Source of the DNA: Saprolegnia diclina VS20
Lineage: Eukaryota
DNA length: 36,781 nucleotides
NCBI RefSeq assembly: GCF_000281045.1
Contig: NW_008246093.1
Coordinates: 524,354 to 561,134 of the forward strand
Direction of reading: 5' to 3'
Shown: positions 10,100 through 19,347 of the stretch, one piece after another
Position numbering within the stretch: the first letter of the stretch is position 1
Layout of the letters: every line of letters begins with the position of its first letter
Made by a program: the position numbers and the translations under genes
Notes under the pieces: model-generated
The model's database searches: none
What the model saw: only the letters and a program-made list of their open reading frames with translations
Told to the model about the DNA's origin: nothing

Positions 10100-10411
10100 A
10101 TGGATGCGACGCCCGAAACCAGTGCCATGACCGCCGACGAGCTCGAGAAGCAAGACTTGGCCGAAGCGATTGATGCATGGAACATGATTGTCGACGAACT
10201 CTTTGAAATGTACGACGAGAACAACACGGGCGTCCTCGGGAAGCGCAAGGCCATACAGTGCATGCGCGCGATCGTGACTATCGCCATGGGCAAAGAAGAA
10301 GCCGACAACTTTGACGGCCGTGAGTGGTTTGCACAAAACGACACCAAAAACGCCGGCCACGTGACCAAGGACGCCATGAAATCGTTCTACACTGACGGGT
10401 TGCTGCCGTAA
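10100..10411 (+). CDS. Small EF-hand domain protein, 103 aa
   Basis: LFEMYDENNTGVLGKRKA and WFAQNDTKNAGHVTKDAM are two EF-hand-like helix-loop-helix units. Inr-like CCATTTTCCATTTC at 10072-10085. Confidence 0.7.
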   Translation: MDATPETSAMTADELEKQDLAEAIDAWNMIVDELFEMYDENNTGVLGKRKAIQCMRAIVTIAMGKEEADNFDGREWFAQNDTKNAGHVTKDAMKSFYTDGLLP

Positions 10412-10756
10412 TTCCTTCCCTCTACGTAATTCCTCCCTTGACTAACATTAAATGCATGTATATTCCGTGCGGTTCTACAACACCATTTGGGTAATCTGGC
10501 GCAAGCGTACAAGAGGCTCAAGCCCTGCACGTGTGGGTGCACCTGGCATCGACTTGTGTACCTAATGGGCCATCGCGTGGTCACGACGCGCGCCAAGATT
10601 CGAGTTTGCTGTTTGGATCCGGATACGGGTGGGTGTGTTTTTGCTGCCTTTCTCGTGTCGGCCAATCCGCAACCCGGATGGATTACGCCATCCGGATACT
10701 GCTCAATTGTTGCATGGGCCTGCGCCAGCCTGCGTCATGCCAGTCCTCGACTTGCC

Positions 10757-12811
10757 ATGCTGCTGCGCTCGCTTCTCGTCGCGAGCGTGGCCATCGCGTC
10801 GTCCTCTCCGGCCTCGTCATGCGATGGCATCGAGGCCATGCACCGCAACGTCCTCGGCGGCGCGCTCGCCGTGCAGGTCCGCGTCAATAACGCGTCCGTG
10901 TGCTTCCGCCTCTCGTACAATGGCGATGGCGCCGACTGGATCTCGCTCGGCCTCAGCAGCTCCCAGTACATGGTCAACAACCCACCCAACAACGCCGTCA
11001 TCTACGACGCCAAGAAGAACAACGCTGACGTGTATGTGCTCGGAGGCTACAGCAACAACCACATGGAGCGACAAACGTCGCCGTCGTCCATGACGATTCG
11101 GTCATCGTCGGCCGTCAATGGCGAGCTCGCAGTCACGTACGAGCACAAGTTTGACGCTGTCTCGACCAACGACGTGCCCATCGACCTGGTCAACGGCAAC
11201 AACATTCTTCTCTGGGCCTATGGTAAAGGCTTTCCATCGTACCACGATGACCAAGGCGCTCAGAGCATCCACATCACCATCCCCTCCGACGACGACAACG
11301 CTGCGTCCAACGGCTCGAAAGCGGCCCTTCAGATGAGCGCGTCGTTGGCGGCGATCCCGATGGCCACGTACCAAGTCGTGCTCGGTGCGATCGGGTTCTT
11401 TGGGTTGCTCGGGCTGGCGACCGCGCGCTCGAGTCTGTCACCGCTCTTGAGAAGCTCGCTGCTTGCACCGCCCGCGCATCGCTCGTCGTCGATCGCCACC
11501 AGTTTGCATCAAGCACTCGCCGACCTCAGCGTGGGCCAAGCGACCCTTGTCGGCTTGTATGTCATGCTCATCGGAATCACAATCAGTGTCGTGCTTCCGA
11601 CTGTGCGGTCGCTCTCGGGTGGCCGCGCAGCGAGTGTCATTTTTGGTCATTTGAGCACGTTGCACTTGGCGTTTCTCTTGCTGCCGTCGGCGCGCGGCGG
11701 TCACTGGGGCTTTCTCTTTGGCGTCACGCACACGCGGTTGGTGACGTTTCACAAGTGGCTAGGAAGTCTCTTCCTCGTCTCGCTTCTCGGGCACTTTGTC
11801 TTGAACGTTGCGACGCTCGACTGGAGTGTCCTCTCGTCCTTGCAGCCGTTTGGCGCGCAAAAGGTGCTGCCCGCCTACGGTCTCTACGCCGGACTTGTGT
11901 TTGTCCTCATGGGTCTTCTGGCGCTGCCATTCGTCCGCCAAAGGACGTTTGAGCTCTTCTATTTTGTCCACCGTCTCGGGTCCCTCCTCGGCATTGTATT
12001 TGTGTGCTTGCATGCAACTGCGATCTGGCAAGCGCTCGTCGCACCGCTCGTGCTCTACCTCGCGACGCTGGTTGCGATTCGGTCCCGTGCATTTTGGCAG
12101 CGGTTTTCCGCCCACGTGACGGCGACGACGTCATCGACAGTGCTGCTCGAGCTACCGTCGACCAAGCTCTCGAACGCCTGGCACCAACAACTCGGGCCGT
12201 GCACGTACTTTTACCTCTGCGTCCCGAGCGTCTCGAGAGTCGAGTGGCATCCATTCTCGGCCATGACGTCGCCGCACACGGGCCACGTCGCGTTCTGCAT
12301 GAAGAGCCGATCGCCGGGCAGCTTCACCGACCGCGTCCTCGACCTCGCACGCAAGGAGACGACACTCGATGTGCTTGTCGGTGGCCCGTACGGCCGGCCG
12401 AGCGTCGATCTCGCGCTCTACGATCGCGTGCTACTGTTTGCAGGCGGCATTGGCATCACGCCCATGGCGCACATCCTCAACAGCACGCTGCAGACGCACA
12501 GCAGCATCGAATGCCACCTCTGCTGGGTCGTGCGCGAGCCCGAGGCGCTCCTGAGTGTCGCCCCCGTGCTCTTCCCGCTTCGCGTCGCCGCCGACCTCTT
12601 TGTGAGCAGCGCCACCGACGATGGCCACGTCAAGACCGTCACGGGCGAGATGGTCGGGTACGCAGCCGGCCGGCCGGACGTTCGGGACGAGATGAAGCGG
12701 TTTGAAGGGCGAACCTGCGTGCTCGCGTGCGGCCCCGAGTCGTTTGTGCACGACGTGCAGGTCGCTGCCCACCTCTACGGGTTTGACTTTCACAAGGAAC
12801 TCTTTTGCTAG
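10757..12811 (+). CDS. DOMON + ferric reductase-like flavocytochrome with signal peptide, 684 aa
   Basis: Signal peptide MLLRSLLVASVAIASS. DOMON motifs WISLGLS...YM and LLWAYG...YH. TM His pairs FHKWLG...GH and VHRLG...LH. FAD motif EWHPFS. NADPH motifs GPYG, AGGIGITP, ACGP and HKELF. Confidence 0.9.
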   Translation: MLLRSLLVASVAIASSSPASSCDGIEAMHRNVLGGALAVQVRVNNASVCFRLSYNGDGADWISLGLSSSQYMVNNPPNNAVIYDAKKNNADVYVLGGYSNNHMERQTSPSSMTIRSSSAVNGELAVTYEHKFDAVSTNDVPIDLVNGNNILLWAYGKGFPSYHDDQGAQSIHITIPSDDDNAASNGSKAALQMSASLAAIPMATYQVVLGAIGFFGLLGLATARSSLSPLLRSSLLAPPAHRSSSIATSLHQALADLSVGQATLVGLYVMLIGITISVVLPTVRSLSGGRAASVIFGHLSTLHLAFLLLPSARGGHWGFLFGVTHTRLVTFHKWLGSLFLVSLLGHFVLNVATLDWSVLSSLQPFGAQKVLPAYGLYAGLVFVLMGLLALPFVRQRTFELFYFVHRLGSLLGIVFVCLHATAIWQALVAPLVLYLATLVAIRSRAFWQRFSAHVTATTSSTVLLELPSTKLSNAWHQQLGPCTYFYLCVPSVSRVEWHPFSAMTSPHTGHVAFCMKSRSPGSFTDRVLDLARKETTLDVLVGGPYGRPSVDLALYDRVLLFAGGIGITPMAHILNSTLQTHSSIECHLCWVVREPEALLSVAPVLFPLRVAADLFVSSATDDGHVKTVTGEMVGYAAGRPDVRDEMKRFEGRTCVLACGPESFVHDVQVAAHLYGFDFHKELFC

Positions 12812-12815
12812 CTTC

Positions 12816-12834
12816 AACCCTAACCCTAAACCCT
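12816..12834 (+). repeat. Short telomere-like / telo-box tract AACCCTAACCCTAAACCCT
   Basis: About three mixed CCCTAA/CCCTAAA units 4 nt after the reductase stop codon. Confidence 0.6.
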
Positions 12835-13027
12835 TGATCTTTTATTCCATTTTGGATCCTCATGATGCAAACGACGGTACTGTACGGTATTCCACCATGT
12901 TACCTGTCGTTTTGGACCGCACGAGGGCACGAAACGTGGCGTTGCAGCGCGAACGCGGAATACTAGTATGAAAGATCGGAAAAAATAAGAAAAAAAGATA
13001 ACTTAGTAAACGCTAACAAACAAAAGA

Positions 13028-13579
13028 CTAGGCGGTCGAGTACGCAATCAACGTTGCATTGTCTTCAAAATCGCACTCGCCCGGCGTGTTGGCTTCGACT
13101 TGGATCGTCATTTGCGCGAGGACAAATGGAAAGCACCAGATCGCACAGCACACATCTTCCCAGTCGGCTTTGGGAATGCTGTCGTGGTCGCGTATGTGAA
13201 AGCGGAGGTTGAAGAGTGTCAGCGACGGGACGAGCGCAAGGACGACGACAAACCCAACGCTGTACGCGCCGCCCGGCCCGCCCGGCCACGGCGTCTCGCT
13301 TTGCAGGTTCAAAATGGCCAGCAACAGCAGGAGGAGCCATAGACCGCTGGCCACGACCGCGCGCTTGCAGCTCATGACACCGACGATCGCTAGCACTTTG
13401 CCGAGCGCGACGCACGGGCAGCAGACGGCCATCGCGAGGTTTGGCGTGTCGGCGCACGCGTTTGTAAAGAGCGGTGTCTTCCACGCCCCCGGCGGCGTCT
13501 CGGCTGCGGCGGCAAAGTCGACGGCAGCATCTTCTTCGTCCGAGAGAATGTAGACGGTCTTGACACGGCCTTCTCGCAT
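13028..13579 (-). CDS. PLAC8 (Cys-rich, PCR/FWL-like) membrane protein, ~183 aa
   Basis: WKTPLF...CCPCVALG, two TM helices, RFHIR...I...EDVCCAIWCFPFVLAQM. Start MREGRV chosen because Inr-like TCATTTTCAGATTG lies just upstream (~13592-13605); the ORF is open to 13774. Confidence 0.85.
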   Translation of the reverse strand: MREGRVKTVYILSDEEDAAVDFAAAAETPPGAWKTPLFTNACADTPNLAMAVCCPCVALGKVLAIVGVMSCKRAVVASGLWLLLLLLAILNLQSETPWPGGPGGAYSVGFVVVLALVPSLTLFNLRFHIRDHDSIPKADWEDVCCAIWCFPFVLAQMTIQVEANTPGECDFEDNATLIAYSTA

Positions 13580-14460
13580 GCTGCAATCTAACAATCTGAA
13601 AATGATGCACGGTTCCCGCTCCATCACTTGGACCATTGCTTGCACGTGGCTGCGACACGTGGATGACAAAGTGTTCCTCCTCGATGTCTCCGTCGCAGGG
13701 TGCATGTGTCTGATCAGGGTGGTGCACGGCAGCGTGACGCGGCGGTGCACGGCCGCACGTACAACGCCGCGCAATGACCAACCACGAAGCCGAGTCGAGT
13801 CGGAGTGCTATCGGCCTGCGAACGCGGAGGCGAGAAGGCAACGTATAGCTTGGTGTTGCTGCGGTGGTCACGACGACCATGTGGTGTCCGTGCCAGTTGT
13901 TGGCGGTGAGCCATCAACGGATACCATATCTTTCGTGACACTTTAAAGCATTGAAGCGCCGGCGGTGCGTTCTTGTCGTTGTCGCCAATGCTCAAGTGGC
14001 GCCACAAGAACAATTCGCCCCATCTCATTTCTTATTTGTGGGCGACCGTTCCGTTGAATGTCACGTCGAGAGGTGGACACGTCTACCGTTCCCATCACGG
14101 AACGTTGGCCCAAGGCGCCTACTCTTGTTCGTTGCGCCAGTGGAATACCCTTTGGCTACCATGCTTGGCTACGGTGGAGCGTGGTCGTGTTGGCCTGGAC
14201 ACTTGGTCGTGTGTGAGACAGTCGCATGCAGGTTTGTTGTTGAAGTTCACGGCTTTTATATGAACCACGATATGCACTCGACTCGATATCTCGCAGCTAA
14301 GCCTCGCACATAAGCGTGAAAGACCCAGACTTGGGTTGAGCACCTTGAGCGCTGCAATCAAGTAAGTGTTGTAGGTAGCGCCATGCTCGAGTATACCATC
14401 GGAACACGTATGATATTAAGGAAAATGGAGCAACTATTGGATCCTTAGCGACAGAGAGTA

Positions 14461-16749
14461 TCAGATCGGCGTTGTGCGCTTGCGCTTGTGCGACAGCAGA
14501 CTTGTGAGCGTCTCCTTGAGAGGCACGTCTTGTACCAGGCTTGCCCACGTAGCTAAACGCGCGCCATCAGCCGTCGCGTGCGAGCTCCAGAGATGCCCAG
14601 ACGCCAACGCCAACGCCGCGTCCACAACGTCGCCCCGCGCCAAGAGCGCTGTCTCGTGCGCCACAAGCTTGTCGACGCGTTGGACACACTGTCTGGCCTT
14701 TTGCATCTGGTACGTGAGCTCGGGCGATACCAAATCGAGCATCGTCGGTCGCCAGCGGTCGGGCAGCGCGACGAGGTCGACAAGAAAGCTAACGTTCTCG
14801 AAATGACCACTGGCGTCCATGCAGTACGGCAGCACGAACTTGCAATTCGAGGCGACCGTTGGACACCCCGCAAATTTGATGAGAGCCGATCTCGGCTGAG
14901 CAAAGCCCGCTGCAAGCGCAAACTGCAGTGCGTCAGGTAGCCCGAAATGGACGAGGTCATCGAGGACCACGGGGTCGTCGCGGAGCTCGGGCTGGCGCTG
15001 CAGGAGACGGCCCACAACCTCAGCGTGTCGAGTGTTGAGCACAGCCGTCATGTGTAGACGGTTGAGGATGTGCACAAAGCCTTTGGCCGAGACGCCTTCG
15101 CGTCGGTGGGCCAAAAGAAAGTCGACCACGTCCCACGACTCGGACAGAATCGCGCGTTCGAGCGCGTCCGTGGTGCATCCCGCGGTCGAGTGCTCGTGAA
15201 GAAACTTGACAAACACCAAGTCCCGTCGTCCGCACACCACGTCCATCCACTCGGTGCTCCACGGCGCACCATGAGCCACGAAGAACTGAATCGTCGCCAT
15301 GTCGAAGTCCCACAAATGGGGCGTCGGTGACGGGAACGGGTAGCCGAGCGAGAGCAAGTGCTTGGCGATCGAAACGTGTCGGTTCTGGAGCGCGAGGCGC
15401 ACGACGTTGTCGCGACTACCGCCTTCGCGTCGGTGAGCCAAGAGGAAATGCACTACGCCTTCGTTGCCAAAATCGACAGCGCGGTCGACCGCATCGACGG
15501 TGCAGTCCAGCGTGCCAAGAGAGTGGAGGAACTGGACCATGTCGAGGGAGCCGTGGGCGGCCGCTCTATCCATAATGTTGGGCGAAGCGCCCTCGCTTCG
15601 GTGCTCCACGAGGAAGCGGACAACGTCGAGGTGGCCGTTGCAAATGGCATTGTCGAGCGCTTTGGTCGTGCAGCCTTCGGTCCGGTGGAAGTGGAGGAAC
15701 TGGACGACCTCGAAACGACCGAACCGAGCCGCATTGTCCATCGCTTCGACCGTACAGCCTTCGCGGCGGTTGACGTGCAAGAACTCGACGATCGCAATGT
15801 GGCCGTACAGGGCCGCCTTGTTCATGGCGCCGACTGTGCAGCCTTCGGTGCGGTGCTCGTGCAGAAAACTAACCACGTCGAGATGGCCGCAGCGGGCGGC
15901 CGCGTCCATGGCATCGGTCGTGCAGCCACCACGACTGTTTTCGTGGAGGCACTCGACCATCTCGAGAAAGCCAGATAATGCGGCCGTGTCCAGAACTGCC
16001 GTGGAGCAAAACAAACCGCGCTCCAGTAGCGTTCGCACGAGATTCAGCGCCCCGAACGCCGCCACGTCTTTGATAAGATCGGGGTGCTGAAACCACCCAA
16101 AGTGGTCGATCGCAAACACAATGTTGTCAAGGCGACCACGCCGCGTCGCCAGAGAGAGCATGTTGGCTGTCCACACACCCGGGCGTGGGTTGAAGCGCAA
16201 GAGCAGAGGCATCGCCTTTGGGTTCTCGTTGCCCATGAGCCGCTCCAGGACTGTCGGCCAAGATTCATGCAAGTCGAAAGGTGGTGGCGGCGCCACCGCG
16301 TTCACACGTCGATGCAGCTGAGGCACCACCAAACGCTGGTCGAGGAGGAACTCGGCCATCTCGAGGCGGTTCTCCATAAAAGCGAGCAGAATCGCGTCTT
16401 CCGAGGCGAGATCCGGACGGCAATGCAAGATGCGCTTGGCCATGTCGTCAAAGCCTTCGTATATTGCAACGTGCAGCGGAAAGCGGGCGTCGCGTGTGAC
16501 CTTGTCGAGCATGCAGGCGTAGGTATCGATCGATTCACTCCACGGCGACGTCCACCTGGCGCCAGGGGCAAACTCGCGGTGGAACGTCACTTCACAGTGG
16601 TACTCGGGCCCGTAGTCGCCGGTGCCGAGCTCAACGAGGCGGTGAAACGCGAGAAAGGCCGGGCGCACGTCTTCGTAGACGCCAAACTGAAACTCAAACA
16701 CCATGGACGCGATCTCGGGCTGGCCGAGGAGGTGGAAGAGCGAGGTCAT
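14461..16749 (-). CDS. Ankyrin-repeat protein (CTTDAMDxAA-type repeats), ~762 aa
   Basis: Many repeats of GCT[TV]xA[ML]DxAAxxGHxx[VI]VxFLHxxRxE. Start MTSLFHLLGQPEIAS is supported by the paralog start MTFRSIVGQPEIAS. C-terminal basic HKRKR. Confidence 0.9.
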   Translation of the reverse strand: MTSLFHLLGQPEIASMVFEFQFGVYEDVRPAFLAFHRLVELGTGDYGPEYHCEVTFHREFAPGARWTSPWSESIDTYACMLDKVTRDARFPLHVAIYEGFDDMAKRILHCRPDLASEDAILLAFMENRLEMAEFLLDQRLVVPQLHRRVNAVAPPPPFDLHESWPTVLERLMGNENPKAMPLLLRFNPRPGVWTANMLSLATRRGRLDNIVFAIDHFGWFQHPDLIKDVAAFGALNLVRTLLERGLFCSTAVLDTAALSGFLEMVECLHENSRGGCTTDAMDAAARCGHLDVVSFLHEHRTEGCTVGAMNKAALYGHIAIVEFLHVNRREGCTVEAMDNAARFGRFEVVQFLHFHRTEGCTTKALDNAICNGHLDVVRFLVEHRSEGASPNIMDRAAAHGSLDMVQFLHSLGTLDCTVDAVDRAVDFGNEGVVHFLLAHRREGGSRDNVVRLALQNRHVSIAKHLLSLGYPFPSPTPHLWDFDMATIQFFVAHGAPWSTEWMDVVCGRRDLVFVKFLHEHSTAGCTTDALERAILSESWDVVDFLLAHRREGVSAKGFVHILNRLHMTAVLNTRHAEVVGRLLQRQPELRDDPVVLDDLVHFGLPDALQFALAAGFAQPRSALIKFAGCPTVASNCKFVLPYCMDASGHFENVSFLVDLVALPDRWRPTMLDLVSPELTYQMQKARQCVQRVDKLVAHETALLARGDVVDAALALASGHLWSSHATADGARLATWASLVQDVPLKETLTSLLSHKRKRTTPI

Positions 16750-16801
16750 CGATGGGTCGGTTGCAAAAACTTTTGCAGTACGCAAGGGCCGCACATCAAG
16801 T

Positions 16802-17349
16802 GGGACGAGGAGCCAGCATCGGTTCACGAGCACAAAATGTCGCTGGCTTGTTCCATTTCCCAACCAATGGGACCTTCACCGCTGCCACCAGTCGTCCGGC
16901 CGGGGAGCGTGCGGCGTCGCGCGCTCGATCGGTATCCGGATTTATTCGGATGCGGGCTCGGACGGTTTCGTTTGAAACACACCCGACGGCTTGCACTCCT
17001 CTGTCGGGCGGTCCGAGTACAGGAGCCTGCGTACGACCTCGCGCGAGCTAAACTCGGCGAGTGGGGTCACGGGATGGATCTCTGCGTACGCAGCTCACTC
17101 CCAACGACCAAGTGCTAACTCCCACGCATTCAGGCGTAGCGCTACGTATGCGAAGTCTTTGTGTCATAATGCAGATAACGCGGAACACGTATACTGGGTT
17201 GCTGCGGAGTGGGCTGGGTAAGAAACCTGGGCGGCGCGTGCCTTGGCTTTGCCTGGCGTTGCTTTTGGAACTTCAAGTGAGACGAGGAGCCAACATCGGT
17301 ACACGGGCAGATAATGACGGTGGCTTGTTCGATTTCCCAACCAATGGGA
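16802..17349. repeat. Imperfect ~70-bp direct repeat (16802-16872 and 17279-17349) upstream of the ankyrin gene
   Basis: GACGAGGAGCCA[G/A]CATCGGT...TGGCTTGTTC[C/G]ATTTCCCAACCAATGGGA is present twice. Confidence 0.85.
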
Positions 17350-17697
17350 AAGAGCGTGAGCGACACGCCGCGATACATAGCCACGGTTCGAAGCTTGGGC
17401 CAAAACTCGGTCGGAGGGCCTACCCTAGGGTCCCAAGGAGCTCTGAGGGCGGGGACCGGGTCGATCCAGACACACACATAGGGCATTGTACGCTGCCTTG
17501 TTGGCGACAAAACGTTGGGTATCATGCTTGCATGCGATATTGTGCCCGAACGCCGCTTCATCGTGGCGACAACGTCTTCCTCCTCGCATTTGAGTATGTC
17601 CATCATGGCGGATCCACCCCAGGGTAGGCATGATCCCCTTGGGTCCTACGATGGACACAGAGACAGACAGACAGGCAATTAATTTCCCGTGGGCTGG

Positions 17698-17738
17698 TGC
17701 AACCAGACTCTGGTTGCAACCTCTGGTAACCAGAGGTT
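17698..17738. repeat. Two abutting 10-bp-arm palindromes
   Basis: TGCAACCAGA-C-TCTGGTTGCA (17698-17718) and AACCTCTGGT-A-ACCAGAGGTT (17718-17738). Confidence 0.85.
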
Positions 17739-17866
17739 CCTCCAACCAGCATGAATTTTGGTCCTCTACCGGTCCATCAAGAGACCGCATCAAGCAGTCT
17801 TGCCGGCGGATCAAGGAGCTCAGTTGCATCGGATGTTTGAGACGCCGTTTCTTCAACGACAAAATG

Positions 17867-18870
17867 TTACTTGGAATTCATTTTCGCCTGCGTGTGCTTG
17901 AGGAGGTGCTCTGCCAATTTTTCTCGAGCTGCTCGGTCGTAGTGGTTGCGCCTGTCGCCGACTTCCCCAGCCTCCAACAGCGTAGTAACTTGAGCCGCCA
18001 CGCTTGGGCTAGCTGAACGTTGTTGCTGGCCTTTCTTCCTTGGTCCAAAAGCTCTTGTGCGATGAGTTGAAGCGTGGTCGTGCGGCTGCGCGAGCAAGTC
18101 GAGAAGAAGGACAACGTTGTCGGTACCAAGGAGAAGTCGAGTCGTCTCGGTGAGGTGGCTACGTGATGCCACTGCAAGGAGGTCGTCGTCGGGGTCGCNN
18201 NNNNNNNNNNNNNNNNNNNNNNNNNNNNNNNNNNNNNNNNNNNNNNNNNNNNNNNNNNNNNNNNNNNNNNNNNNNNNNNNNNNNNNNNNNNNNNNNNNTG
18301 TTATAGATGCCATCGTTGGCGTCAAAGCTCACCGCAGGCGCGAAAGGCCGAGTGCTGGTTTGCGTATTCGTGTCTGCAATGCACCGAGCGTATCCCGGTG
18401 CCATCGATGTTGCGTTAGGACCATGTTCAGACATGAAGCAGCATGCCTTTAGCGCGCACGAGGCTGTTGCCTCGACGAAGCTCGGGCCCAATGTGATCGA
18501 GTAGGAGCTCAGGCGGTTCGTGTTGAAGGCCAAGTGAATCGCGTCTTCCGAGGCGAGGGCCGGCCGACACTGGACGATACGCTTGGTCAACTACACATAG
18601 CCTTCGACAATCGCTAGATGCAGCGGCAAGCGCACGTCGCGCTGCTCTTCAAGAAGACGATACTGCGAGGAATCGCGTGGCGTCTTCTCACGCAGCGGTT
18701 GGTGCCATGCGAAACGAGACGTCGCCCTCGTACGTGGCCCGACGATCGGCAAACTCGACGAGCTCGTTGCAAGCGAGAAAGGCCGGACGCACGTCTTCAT
18801 ACAAGCCAAACTGAAACGCAAACACCATCGATGCGATCTCGGGCTGCCCGACAATGCTGCGGAAGGTCAT
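17867..18870 (-). pseudogene. Degraded paralog of the ankyrin-repeat gene, interrupted by an assembly gap
   Basis: MTFRSIVGQPEIASMVFAFQFGLYEDVRPAFLA, then a frameshift, RDVRLPLHLAIVEGYV*, then KRIVQCRPALASEDAI. After the gap NVVLLLDLLA, TTLQLIAQELLDQ and VAAQVTTLLEAGEV match the intact C-terminus in alternating frames. Confidence 0.85.
18199..18298. other. Assembly gap (100 N)
   Basis: Run of n. Confidence 1.
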
Positions 18871-19347
18871 GCTACAGTGCCGTTTAACCGGATGATCCAT
18901 GGTTATCCGGGCGTTGGGCCAAGGCCAGAAGGACAGCACCAGCTCGACATCTCTGCGTCGCACCGCAAAAACATAGAGAGCGCTCTTACAGAATGTAGCT
19001 AGTTAGAGTCTCGACCGAGCTGCACTAAATAAGGCCCGTCTAAGCTTTGACTGACGCAAAACGGCGTGGCTGCAGTCATACATACGTGTATGACCCGGGC
19101 TGTGATGGGCAGACGCCGTTGTTGGTATATACTGCTCGTGGGGGACACTAGAGTCATGAGTCCATAATAGCTGTTACATACCCCTGACTAGAGTCTACGG
19201 ACCTGAGCTGGCAGCTTGTGGGAAATTCGTGGAAGCAAAAATATCGAAGCCATGACGTGGCGCCATACGGTGGATACCTCCGAGATTCGATATTTCCAAA
19301 GATCGCGAGGTTCCGTGAAGCGGCTCAGTTGCGCAATTCCTACGACC

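Noticed and set aside
10408..10435. CGTAATTCCT direct repeat at the EF-hand stop
   Set aside because: A 10-bp local duplication, too short to interpret.
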